Shown: piece after piece, positions 24,987-37,415 of the stretch
How the letters are laid out: each line of letters starts with the position of its first letter
Numbering within the stretch: position 1 is the first letter of the stretch
From: Hydrolagus affinis
Taxonomy: Eukaryota
Direction: 5' to 3'
Length of the DNA stretch: 61,413 nucleotides
Assembly (NCBI GenBank): GCA_012026655.1
Contig: JAAILG010001828.1
Location: 1 to 61,413, forward strand
Notes under the pieces: generated by a model
Told to the model about the DNA's origin: nothing
Seen by the model: only the letters and a program-made list of their open reading frames with translations
Database searches by the model: none
Translations under genes and position numbers: made by a program

Positions 24987-25460
24987 TTGGTCATTTCAAT
25001 CCACGACTGTTTGTGGGGACGCTGCTGTGCACAGTTGGCCGCCATGTTTCACCCACAAAAATATACAGTCAATTCACTTTACAGTATATTCTGTGAAGTG
25101 CTTAGAGACAACTCAAAGACATGATAATATACCAGATGCAAGAATTCTTATTATTGTCATCAGCTTTATCTCGACAGCTGCAGATGGAATCTTTATTTTG
25201 TTTCCTGATCATCTTTAAATGTCCCCTTTTCCACTGCAACTCATTAAATTGGGGTTTGCCTTTTAAGAAATGTGGCACCTCATCAACTCTGTCAGTGTCT
25301 TGGCACGCGGGAAGCTATTCCCACGACTGTTTATGGGGACGCTGCCGTGCGCAATTGGCTGCCGCGTTTCGCCCGCAAATCTATGGTCAATTCACATTAC
25401 AGTATATTAAGAAAAGATATGAAAAGCGCTATATCAAATGCAAGGACTATAATTATCATC
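24987..25460 (+). mobile_element. Two SINE 3' halves in the same orientation (24987-25155, 25318-25460)
   Basis: Both carry ccacgactgttt, the Deu core and the tail. Confidence 0.87.
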
Positions 25461-26094
25461 ATCTATTTGTGGTGATTTCAAGCCTTGAGATTATGGCTGG
25501 AGAATGGACAAAAATACTTGCTGCTGTCGTCAAAAGGATTAATACTCACTCACTAACCTAATTAGGACACACATATACCCACAGCAACTGAGTCAATTTT
25601 AACTCTGGTTAACTGCCAAATAGACGGATTTGAATGCAGAGATCAAGGTAATCTCAGTTTAACCCTCGCTGGAGTTCTGTCACAGCAGACGGGTGACCCA
25701 CCTGAAATTGGCAGAGCTCACTCGACTGAAGCAAACAAGTTTAGATGAGTCGGCCTTGGGACGTAAACTCAAAGTCTTCTGGTTGGCAGCCAAGGATTCA
25801 ACCGCTCTAGCTACGAGGCTACTTGTAAATGCTTTCATTGCTGTTCGTAAATTGCCACTGAATTGCCCCCAGACTAAACGCTGGTGAGATTCCGAACCAT
25901 TTTCCTTACTGATCTAAACACAAGACACGTTATCGTGAAAATGTGCTTCCGTTAACCACAATTGCTGTGGAAACCCTGAAGGAGAGAGTACAGTAAACTG
26001 CAAAAGCATGCATCATTGAGATGCTTTGATGTATTTTTACATGCATTTTTTAACCATCATGTACTGTACAAAATATAATACAAAATACAATAAT

Positions 26095-26403
26095 AAATAA
26101 TAATAATCCTTGCATTTGATAGAGTGCTTTTCACATCTGCTAGACATCTCAAAATGCTGCACGGAATATACTGTAAAGTGAATTGACTGTATATTTGTGG
26201 GCTAAACGTGGCAGCCAATCCCTCACAGCAGCATCTCACAAACATTCATGAAACTGAAATGACCAATTTATTATTGATTTTTTGGATGGATTATTATTAC
26301 GCATGTGGAGTGAACAAACTTTCACCCTGACCTGCTTGGAATCAAACACAGGTCTCTCACTCTTGTGAAGGCGAGTGCTCTACCCACTGAGCTGCAGGAC
26401 TCC
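26095..26403 (-). mobile_element. Full-length tRNA/Deu SINE
   Basis: Complete reverse-complement copy, moderately diverged. Confidence 0.9.
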
Positions 26404-26840
26404 ACAATATGAAAAAAATTACATGCGTACAGCGTCTTTCACACACGGAGTGTGTCCCAAGGCGCTCAACAGTCAAGTAAAGTAAAACCTCGGATGGAAA
26501 GCTGAGGTGCATTTCTGCAAGACAATTTCGGGAAAAATGCTCACTGCTTTAAAAAATAATCCACATTCAAAGAGTCAGAATAAATGAAAGGTGGGATAAT
26601 GGCCACTGGGCCTTTCCGTGAGGTACTGCGTTCACCATTCCTCCTCTAAAATTTTATCTATGTATTATTGAATGCAACTGCTATGAGATTCATATTGGCT
26701 TTGGCTTTCTGAAGCCTAACTATTGCATTTTTATATTTCACAATACAATAATTTATTTATTCGCGTCTCTTATTTAGTAGCTGGGCTCAGAAAGGATTAA
26801 AGATAACTGGATAAAGAATGAAAAATAGATAATGTTTTCA

Positions 26841-27211
26841 AGTCCCTCCACTCCTCTGCACCCCCCTGCCTCTCTGGTCTCCTCTCTCCCCAAACCAGCA
26901 CACGCTGCCTTCTCTCCACCGGGTCTGGCCTCCTCCATGTCCCCCCGAATCCTCCGCTCCACCCTCGGCGGCCGTGCCTTCAGCCACTACGCACCGAGGC
27001 TCTGGAACTCCCATCCTCACTCCCTTCGCCTCGCCCCCTCTCTTCCCAGTTTCAGTCCCAGCTGAAGACCTTTCTCTTCGACAGCGCCTTCAGTCACCTT
27101 TCTGCCCCTGCCCCTGGCTCGGTCCCGGAATCCGCTATCGTGAAGCGCTCTGAGACGCCATCCGGTGTGGAGGGCGCTATGTAAATCAAAGTTGTTGTTG
27201 TTGTTATTGTT
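26841..27211 (+). mobile_element. L2 LINE 3' fragment (ORF2 C-terminus, 3' UTR, TTG tail)
   Basis: Translates PRILRSTLGGRAFSHYAPRLWNSHPHSLR, typical of the L2 C-terminus; stem-loop tail. Confidence 0.92.
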
Positions 27212-28693
27212 GATGCAGGAAACAAAGACAGCCAGCTAAAGAGGGAAGGAAGGTGAATAGGGTTGGACTGTATGGTTTCTTCCTGATCTTTGGGATATCT
27301 TGTTTCCACCTTCATTATTTTCCTTGCTTTTCTCTTGACGTCGATCAAAGGGAAAATCATTCCTGGCAAAGCCCAAGATTGGGGACAAGCTTTTTCTGGA
27401 TCGTGTATTTTCTTGATCTATAACGACGTCACAACAGAAATGCACATCACATTGCATTGTGCTGGGGCCACAGGGCTATCATTTTGTAATGAGACACGTT
27501 TCATGGTGAAACTAACATGCCTCAAGCGCAATCTTCCTTAGGCTTTTGTTTTGTGTTGTAAATTTAATTACTGTGAAAGAGTACAAGTAACATGTCTAGT
27601 GTGGTGGGGCCACATGTGGTCTAAACACATGTTCAGTTTCAACAGGAACTATTTGTAGTCTGTTTCTGATCCATCCCCTAATATTGGACCAGATTTTAAG
27701 ACCTCAATGTATAGAGATAAGGAGATAGGACACTTCAGAAATACAGATGATAATATGATCCCTTTTTAAAATGCTACACCATTCATCGACAAATTAGAAC
27801 TATGTACTCAAAATATTGGGCATTCCCACATTGCCTTGAAAATACCTTTCTTTCAAACTAGTTCTGAGCCTTATTTACCGACCTTGTTTTACACTTGGAA
27901 AATAATCTCATAGAATCTTCGCGTAACATTCAATAGTTTTATAGACTAACCAATACTCCCACAATATCTCAGTAATTTTATAAAGTGGGTTACCCAGTCA
28001 CACATACACACACACACACACAAAAGTTCCCAAGTTCAATCCTTGGTCTAAGCTGAATTTGCTGCTTTCAGTCAAGACAAATCACAAAGCCTCTGCCTAA
28101 CTTTGGAATCTAAATTATAGAATCATTCTTTGCTGAACCCTCTTCAATGCAATGTAGTTTTGGAGATAAGCTGGCTTCAGTAGCGAACCAAAACAAGGTT
28201 ACAACAGTTATTTTTTGTTAACTTGCAACCAAACGGTCTCTAGATTGCAGCCGTCTTGAGATTTGTCTAAAAACTTCATACACATTGGAAACTTTCAGCC
28301 CACGAATCAATAATCACTGCAATCATTTTCCTTTCTTCTTTAATGGACAATGTCTTCTCCAGGCAGATATATTTACCGTTTCCGATTCCAATATGCATTA
28401 CTCACACATTCATCTGCATTAAAATCCCGCTGTCACAGAGGTGGAGTGCAACGCTTTAAAAGTGGAAACGCCTGCTAAATGTGTAATGGAGTAATTGTAA
28501 TGAGATGAATTGTAAGAGAGATTTCCATTATCCTGGCACCGCTGTGTCTCAGAGCTGTCCTGCATCTGACACCAACCTGCCCCTCATACACAGCAAAGGA
28601 TTTTAGATGTAGTGAATAATTGCTTGTTCTCTTCCTCTTTGATGGGACGCCACAAAGTACAGTAGAATGCTCATCAATAAGTTGGGATAAAAA

Positions 28694-29229
28694 TAACTGG
28701 AATTCAATAAATTATTGAGGGAATCTTTAAAATTGTCATTTTACCTTTATATATATATATATATTATATATACAGTATAGCCAGGTGTTGAACTGATAGT
28801 CTTCAGTTATTACCAGATCACGCACAGAAGGTTCCTTTAAATAGCATTCATAGTTATTGACAGTTCACAAAAAAATTTACGTACACAGGCATATACACAC
28901 ACACACACATACATACATACAAAGTAAGACAAAGCAGTTTCAATCTCTATTGAAGTCCAGCTATAGACGAGTTTAAAATAAGGAAAAAAGATCTGTGAAC
29001 TGTGAAATTGCTTCAAGTCCAGTGTTTCCTACATTTCTGATAATTAACCATCTTTTACATACATATAGAAAGACACAGCGTACTAACTGTAATTAAACAA
29101 ATTATTGGAGAATCTTTAAAATTGTCTATATATACATATAGCCAGATGTTGAACTGATAGTCTTCAGTTATTACCAGATCGTGCACAGAAGGTTCCTTTA
29201 AATAACAGTAAGTTCACAAAAAAATTAAC
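28694..29229 (+). repeat. Local direct duplication (28694-28880 and 29084-29229)
   Basis: Shared tgttgaactgatagtcttcagttattaccagatc..gcacagaaggttcctttaaata and flanks. Confidence 0.92.
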
Positions 29230-29411
29230 ATTAGAAACTAGAGTGAATGACACTCCCTTCCTTGAAAATAAGCAGTGAACTTCTCGGATCTTTCATCTAC
29301 ATCCCGAGATTCTTTCTTTTTTAAAAAAAAGCCTTAACAACAGCTGTTGATATTGTTGCTGATATTGTTGATATGGCTGCTGATATTATTTTTCGACAAC
29401 CCATATACTGT

Positions 29412-29655
29412 ACAAAGATTTACAAAGAATGGTATAGCAAGGAAACAGGCTGCCCGGCCTAATCAGTTTGTTCTGGTGTTTATAATCTTCATGAATCCTC
29501 ACCTATCGCTTTACCCCCTCCCACGCCCTTTCTGTTCCCCTCTCCCTCCCTCATGTGAAGGTCTAACTTCCTCTTGAAGGCATCCTCACTACTTTGATTC
29601 AAGCCATCTCTTCAGGCAGCGAGATCCACAATCTCACTACCCTGTGCGTGAAACA
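29412..29655 (-). mobile_element. Diverged CR1 3' end
   Basis: ggtatagcaaggaaacaggc terminus; ggcagcgagatccacaatctcactaccctgtgcgtgaaa (reverse complement of FTHRVVRLWISLP). Confidence 0.75.
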
Positions 29656-31364
29656 CACATGCATCACTCGGCACTAATGAGAATATTTGTTTAATTTCGT
29701 CATTGAATCGACGTACATTAATTACTGATTTGTGTCCATCTCTTTTTTTCTTTTTTTTATAAATCACAGGAGTTTAATTTACGGCCTTTCTGGCTGCCAT
29801 GACATAACTTTACAGTTGCCAGAAAATGTCTCTCTTACACCATTTCTTAGCAAGTAATCCCAGTAAGAGAGTTTGCGCGTGAAACCCCATTGTTCCCAAT
29901 CAAATTACATGTTTTTAAGTGCACTGATTGAGGCTGCTTGAATTTCCAGGCTACAAACAGTGTTTCCTCAAGTGGAAGAGAAAGAGTCACGGGGATCAGA
30001 AGGAACCTACAAGGCATTTCTAGGGCGACTGAGAACTCAGATCCATTATTCAAAGCGTGAAGCAACCACAGACGTTTCGATACCACTCAACCATCGAGTG
30101 TCAAACTGCAGATCCAACAGCGTTTTCAGGCGACAGCAAGTAGTTGGACTAGTCCTCTGATGAGGCTCTCAGCTGAAGTCAGGAGGTGAACATCACTCAG
30201 GCCTGGTACATTTCATCGCTTTGTGTCGCAGACCACTATACGAGGGAAGATTTTTCTCAGCGTGCCCAGCTTTTCATGGGTTCAGGGGATGTAGTGGTAT
30301 AGTGATATCACTCGAAGGACAGCACAAATCATTGACGCCCCCCCACACCCCCCCATCCCATCCCCACGCCAGGAAAACAACAACAACTTGCATTTATAAA
30401 GCATCCCTCATGCACGCTAGCTTCCCAGAGCGCCTCCCTGAGGATCAAATGTGCCTCCCTCGACTAGATTGGAAAAGGACACCTGGCTTACCGAGGGGTT
30501 AAATTAAAATGGGTGGTGGTGGTGGGTGGGGCGCGGGGGGGGGTGGGTGCAGAGAACCAGAATCTATTTTGAAAAGAGAAATAATTAGACGATTGAAAGA
30601 GGAAGTGGAGGACTTTTCAGAGTACCACAACATTTGATGTAGACGGCAAAAAAAAGATTACAGTCTAATCTGCCATATACCCCTCAATTCAAGCTATTAA
30701 ATTTCCTTCCGCTCAGATCTTCAACTCAGAAACAGCCTTTGGTTCATTCATTCTTCACTTCACCTCAAACGGCCTCAGTTTGTTGAAGGTGCCATTTAGT
30801 TTAAGAATTTCCTGCCTCAAAATCTTTTGCAACGAATAAACCAGGACAGAGGCTTGCTCTGTGCTGGGTAGTTTGACCACAGGCTGTCTAGTCAGTGGGT
30901 GATTTATCACAAGCCAGAAATTTATTCTGCTACAAGGGACAGATAAACTTGATGGGAGGGGCAGGAAAGACCTTTTCCTTCCAGTAGAAAAAATAATTCG
31001 GATCATAATTACTCAATGACACGAACTGAAATGTGGAATCCAACTCGATAATATTTTGTTTTGTTTTACTTGCTCTTGAAGAGTTAACTTTCTTTTTTTG
31101 GGGAATAAAAAGTAAACATTGTTAATTAATTTTTTTTTATGCTGACATTTGAATTCTTGAAAACGGCGTGAGAGGCAGGGAATTATTTCAGTGCCGAAAT
31201 GCAATTGTGAATCAGAAGTCTAGGTTTGGTGGGTAGAGTAAGGGGTGGAGTAACGGGTAGGGGGATGGTGGGGAGGGAAATGCTGAGCTTTGATGAATTC
31301 GATGGAAATAGTTTGCAGTTCAGGGTGAAAGTGGAAACCAAATTCAGTACATTGAAAAGAAATA

Positions 31365-31545
31365 CATTTTCAATCCACGACTATTTGTGGGGGACGGTGC
31401 TGTGCGCAATTCGCTGCCGCGTTTCGCCCACGAATATACAGTCAATTCACTTTATTACAGTATATTCTGTGAAGTGCTTTGAGACGTCGATAAGATGTGA
31501 AAAGCAGCTATATCAAATGCAAGGATTATTATTATTATTTTTATT
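31365..31545 (+). mobile_element. SINE 3' half
   Basis: ttcaatccacgact through the (att)n tail. Confidence 0.88.
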
Positions 31546-31744
31546 ATCTATTGTATAAATGGTCCGATGAAGTCGATAGCAAAAAGAAAATCAAAGAACC
31601 CAAATCACTACTGCACGCACCTGGATGGGGGAAAGATGCATTACTTATTTAAGAAACTGTTTGGCGCTGTGATGGGTGGGCGGCAAGCCTGGCAAACAGC
31701 TGGTTTACAAAAAAATCACAACTGTGCCAGTGAACAAAAAACAG

Positions 31745-31975
31745 CCCAGTTGTAACCTTCATTCAATAACTGGTCAGTGGCGAGTTAGCTGATCTCAGCT
31801 GGAGTGGCTATATAATTAGACTCGGTGCCTCTGGCGAGAGAGGAAGGGGAAGAAACAGAGAGGGAAAGCAGCAGACTTTCTCAGTCTGACCGCTAATGAG
31901 TGCCCCCTGCTGGAAATTGTACTTGGCTATCGACATGAGAACATGACCACAGTTCGGTTGTGTGTCTTGACCCCC
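31745..31975 (+). mobile_element. Ancient AmnSINE2-like SINE relic
   Basis: gagttagctgatctcagctgg...agtgccccctgctggaaa matches that consensus as I recall it; related relics at 23488-23565, 28025-28080 and 41700-41900. Confidence 0.6.
31900..31913 (-). promoter_or_regulatory. CTCF core consensus match
   Basis: Minus strand reads CCAGCAGGGGGCAC, 14/14 to CCASYAGRKGGCRS; binding untested. Confidence 0.45.
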
Positions 31976-32506
31976 ACACCCACTCCCCCGCCCCCCACCG
32001 ATTGTCACATTAATAATAATAAGTGTTGGCAATTAAGAATCAGACCATAGATGAGCGTGATAGAGAGAGGAGAGAGAGAGAGAGAAAACACGCAATTGCT
32101 TTCGGATACACCCGGATATACATGTCCTACAATACGCCACGAAAGATTTATAACATAGCATTTCAAACCATCCAATCCATATTAAAAAAATCAGCCAACA
32201 AGGACTGACCCTGCCAAGCTGTATTACAGTATGCATTGGTTGGTGTAGTGTTCACAATGTGTGTGCAGGTGTCACAGTGGTGATTAATTCCTGAACTAAA
32301 ATTCCTGCTCAGCACTGCATGCCTGGCTCCAGGCGGGCATGTCTATGGCACAGCTGGAGCCATCTCCACTGGAATAAGAGGCATCAAAACAAACAACAGA
32401 CAGAGGCTGCCCCTGCACAGTCACCATTTCCATATTTGTCGGATGAAAACCGAATTAAAACGCCAGCGCTTGATCAGTTTTCAGTTCCATTGAATCAATC
32501 CGTCCG

Positions 32507-32730
32507 ATAATCCGTCCCCAAACAAATAAAAACAACCACAATAGTAAACATTGGTCATTTTCAATCCACGACAGTTTGTTTGTGGGGATGCTGCCGTGCG
32601 CAATTGGCTGCCGCGTTTCGCCCACAAACATATGCAGTCAATTCACTTTGTAGTACATTCTGTGAAGCACTTTGAGACGTCGATAAGATGTGAAAAGCGC
32701 TATATCAAATGCAAGGATTATTATTATTAT
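32507..32730 (+). mobile_element. SINE 3' two-thirds
   Basis: Linker, Deu core and tail. Confidence 0.88.
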
Positions 32731-33201
32731 TTCACCAGTCAACAACAACAACTTGCATTTAGACAGGGGTGGAGGGAGGGGGCAGGGAGGGAATGATAGG
32801 TGGTGAATGGAACCCTGGGAAAGAAAGTAGCATGAATATTTCTGCCTAGAGATTAGAGATAAGGACACCCCCCTTTGTTGGCTTGGGTCCCAATTTGGAG
32901 GTTTTGTCACTTACTGTAGCAAAAGCAAATTGAATTTTACCATCAATTCATACTCCGTTCACTACTTGGAACAGGGTACTGTATTTCATTAGTTTATACT
33001 TTGCCCTTTCGCTCAGCGAAGATATTGATGCGACAGATAAGGTATAAATATACCAGTAATGTCATTTCAGTATGAAGGAATTCAAAAGTCGAATAAATCT
33101 GAAAACTTTACTGACAGACTTCATGCATATGGAAGGCAGGGTGGTGTTAGCATGGACTCAATCGACAAAGTGTTGCAATCCAGGTTTAGGCCCAAACTAC
33201 T

Positions 33202-33521
33202 GGAGTCCTGTAGCTCAGTGGTTAAAGCACTTGCCTGACAAGCGTGAGACCTGTGTTCGAATCCAGGCAGGTTGGGGTAAAACTTTGGGCAAGTTTCCTT
33301 ACTCCACACACACGCACATGCCTGATAATAATCCGTCCAAAAAAAATGGTCATGGTCATTTCAATCCAAGACTGTTTTATGGGGACACTGCTGTACGCGA
33401 TTGGGCTGCCGCGTTTTGGCCCACAAGTATACAGTCGATTCACTTTACAGGATATTCCGTGAAGCGCTTTGAGACGTCCAGAACACGTGAAAAAGCGCTA
33501 CATCAAATGCAAGGATTATTA
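33202..33521 (+). mobile_element. Full-length tRNA/Deu SINE
   Basis: A box tagctcagtgg, B box gttcgaatcc, body and tail. Confidence 0.93.
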
Positions 33522-34079
33522 TATTACATATTATAGATTTTGAGACGCTTTACTTTCAGAATCTATCTGAACCACATAAACATGTCATTAACCAAACATA
33601 TGATTCCCAAGCAGTGAGTTAGTGAGGCATTAGATCGGGTCCCAGAGCACTTTAAATGAGGTGCCAGTGACTTCATTATTTATGCAACGTGCAAGAGTGA
33701 TATATTGATTCCTGAAACTCCACAGGTTGGATGCAGCTTAAATAACCATCTTGTTGCATCACAAGGCCAAGGCTGCGAAGATGTTTTGCCTTCGATAACC
33801 TCTTCCCCCTCCCACCCGCCCACACCCCCTCTTCCCCCCCCACCTCCCCACTACCAACACACCATTTGTTTCTTCTCTCAGTCTGTGACAGATAGTAGTT
33901 TAATTGTGATTAATAATTGCTCTCCCGCACCTGCCGGAGACAGATGTGGACTTCCAAACGATTTCTACTCCCCCCACCCCCAAGAGAATTCACGTTTGAT
34001 ATCAACGGAAAAAGATTGACATCAAAGATTGAACCAGCTTTCAAACTGCAAGAGCTTGGATATTAACAGATTCTGTTCG

Positions 34080-35030
34080 AGTTGAACTACGGAGCGCATT
34101 CCGGAGTGGCAGCTCGGAATTGTCCTTGATGGCTAGGTCTCCTTGACCGTTTTTCCACCCGCCTCTTTCCTGCCCGCTGCTTTCCAGCTGCCTTGCGCTC
34201 GCTCGCTGCTGCTACCTGCCATTACCTGTCAATCTCTCTCTCTCCGCTGCCTTTTACAATACCAGCTGCTGCTGTGAGCCATGGCCTTATCAGGAACTCG
34301 GCAATTATTCACAAAGGCAGCCGCTGAAAGCAGCACAGCCTTTGATTAACTCCTTCACTAACTCATCAGGTTGTCTCGGAGAAAGGGAAAAAAAATGGCT
34401 GAGTTATTGACCTCAAGGAAGGGCCCAACGGAAATGGCTGAAGGTCACAGTCTTACTTACACAGGCAGGCGCGAGGATAAAAATAATCGCGTTTGATCTG
34501 TTCCAATGTTGAATTTCCCAGCTGCGTTGACCTTCTGTAAAAACTTACTGCAAATTATGCAAAATATAGTACATATAATTATACATTTTATTCTTGGTTC
34601 GGATGAAGACCTGATCTCACCCTACCAGAAAAACGCACCCAAAAGATCTCCCCGGGTTCAAAATATTTCATCCAAGCCCTTTGAAACACGTTTAGAAGCA
34701 CAGTCTCTCAAGGTGCAAATAAAATAAAATGTCACACTAAAGTTAAATAAAGAGTAGTTGCCGAGATTACGGATGCGTGGAATTTTTTTTTACGAATTGA
34801 ACATTAAAAGTATTTGGGTGCACTGCGCAGGCAGCTCTGTTCAGTCTTTGGGCTCCCGTCTGGTTGCAGGTGAATTGGCTCACGTCATCAATTTGCTCGT
34901 CTTTCCCTGTTAGGGCAGCATTTCCCCCTTAATATAGGACACCTTGCTATAAACTATACTATGTAGTACGTAGATAGTTCAGGAGGGATATGTGCAAGCG
35001 CCCGCCAAGAAGGTGGAAGACACACAAAAT
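34080..35030. promoter_or_regulatory. Candidate promoter or enhancer
   Basis: No recognisable repeat, locally GC/CpG-richer, with TCAAGG half-sites and an adjacent ATTGG plus TCACGTCA at 34874-34887. Confidence 0.35.
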
Positions 35031-35866
35031 GGAGTTTGGTCTTTCCTTCGTCTAGCATCTCTTACATAGGAATACCTTGATTATTGGAGCTAATCTCAGA
35101 TGCCAACCGAGAGAGCAATGAATGCTTGTATTAAAAAGGACGAAAGAAACAAGAAAGGGTTAGAGGCACAGAGATAAAGGGAGAAAGAGAGAGCGAGGAA
35201 AGAGTGAGAGAATAAGAAAGGTTTAGAAGAGACAATGAAGGTCGCAAAACCTCTGAGGGGCATTATTATTTTAATTGAGCGGGAAATGTCCACGAGCAAA
35301 GGTTTACAAGTTTCTTTCTACTTCATGTAATTTTTTGTCCTGGTATTCTTGTTAAACCTTTAGGGGTGGAAGAGATTTAGGATTGAATCAAAAACTCCGG
35401 TGAAACTCCTTTGAGCTATATCTAGGAAACAGTGTTTCGGTCCAGCTAAATTACTTTGCTTAAATATAAATAGTCACGTTCCCAATCTGGCTGCTTCCAA
35501 TGAGTAATTGTTTGCAGTTTCTATTCCTGCAAGAGTGTCGGTTGCAGCCACGGGATTAAGATAAGGGCAGTAAAAGCAGAACCAATCATATAATAAAGTC
35601 TTGGCTTAGAAGTAAAATTTTTTGAATATTGGTGAAGATGGGTGTGTGATGCAGTTTGTGCCGAGAGATGGGAAATCAACAGGAAGTACCTCTCAAGAAC
35701 ATGCTCCTGATGTGAAAAGCACTATACAATACAGTATATCTGTAAATGTGTATTGTGTGGTGTTATATCACTCACACACACACACACACACACATATCCC
35801 AACCACAAAAGATGGAAGAAACTTACTCAGAGAAAACCTGAGTACCTGCATAATCTACAACAAGAT

Positions 35867-36255
35867 CAACAACAACTTGGATTTATATAGCGCCCTCCCT
35901 CGCTCCACGCCGGACGGGGTCTCAGAGCACTTCCCAATAACGGATCGCAGGGCCGAGCCAGTGAGAGGGGGAAAAAAGTGACCGAATGCGCGGTCGAAAA
36001 CAAAAAGCTTTGGCCAAGACCTGAAAGAAGAAAGAGAGCAGGTGAGAGAGGTGAAGGGAGTGAGGGAGGGAGTTCCAGAGCCTCTGGGCGTAGTGGCTGA
36101 AAGCACGGCCGCCGATGATGGAGCGGAGGATTCGGTGGACAAGGAGGTGGAGCGAAGGCAAAGGGTACTGTTGTGAGGAGAGAGGAGATCAGAGAGGTAA
36201 GGGGGTGCGGAGGAGTGGAGCGATTTGAAAACACGAGTGAGGATCTTGAAATCGA
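35867..36255 (-). mobile_element. L2 LINE 3' fragment
   Basis: Translates RILRSIIGGRAFSHYAQRLWNSLPHSL and FDRAFGH; (aac)n tail. Confidence 0.92.
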
Positions 36256-36944
36256 TGCTTCATATGTTATTCAAACCACCCTCCCGCTCACCCCTAAGAC
36301 CTCTGCAAAATTTTCAATCCCAACCCTGCCTCCAAGTAAAATATGGAAGCAAAATAATCGTGCGCCTCATGGCGGAGGGGAAGATTATTTTGGGGTCATT
36401 AGAAAAATAATTGTCATTGCAATAGGCGACCAAATAGACTGCTGTTTAACATATGAGTATGACAGAAAGATTGCAGAAAATATTACACTTCACCATCAGT
36501 GGATTGACATTTGCAAGGCAGTAACGTGATCTCAAGCTTCACTTAGTTTAATAGGCGTCAAAAAGTCAGCAGCCAAAGCAATAAAATCTCAGAACAAAAA
36601 GAGAGGTGCGGGCTTTCTTTCAGCTGAGACAGAAGAAGATGCAAGTAAGTGTTATAACAGAACTTCTTGCGGAGTATTCAAAAAAACACATATCCATTAG
36701 AGTGGTGGCACAGGCTTTTCTGATACTGTAGCAAGTATGTTTTTGTACCCACAAGACGAGTATTAAATCGTAAACTTTACAGAACCTCCTTGTAGCTGGA
36801 ACGCAGAGTATCTCAGTGTCAGTCTCCAGGCAAGCTGAAAATAGTGCTGTCAATACTCATCTCACTAGCAAAGCGTAAGTAACTCTTAAGTGGTTTGAGT
36901 TAGCCTCAACTGGGCTTCAAAAGTAAGATAAAGCTTCCGTTCGA

Positions 36945-37415
36945 TACAGTGCCTGATCATGTTGTTGAGACATCTCAAAGCGTGAGACCTGTGTTCGAAT
37001 CCAGGCAGATTCGGGGCGAAACATTAGGCAAGTTTCCTTACTCCACACACACACACGCACACACACACACACACACACACCTAATAATAATATGTCCAAA
37101 AACCCCACAATAATAAAATTGGTCATTTCAATCCATGACTGTTTGTGGGGACTGCTACTGTCCACGATTGGCTGCCGCGTTTCATCCACAAATATACAGT
37201 CAATTCACATGACAGTATATTCTGTGAAGCGCTTTGAGACGTCGACGTGAAAAGCGCTACATCAAATGCAAGGATTATTATTATTATTATTATTATATAA
37301 AGCGGTTCACAGGATATAGTGCTGTAAAGCGGATTGACCGAGTATTTTGTGGGCGATTCTCGGCAGCCAATTGCTCCCGGTAATGTCCCACAAACAGCCA
37401 GGAGTGAGTGACCAA
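36945..37415. mobile_element. 5'-truncated + strand SINE (36983-37298) inserted in an older - strand SINE
   Basis: Host gagacatctcaaagcg resumes as aaagcggttcacagg; aaagcg is duplicated at 36977-36982 and 37299-37304. Confidence 0.88.

Noticed and set aside
30153-30184. Hammerhead-like tcct-CTGATGA-ggctctcagct-GAA-GTC-agga
   Set aside because: Stems I and II can form, but A15.1 and all of stem III are missing. It cannot fold as a hammerhead and is at best a deleted relic.
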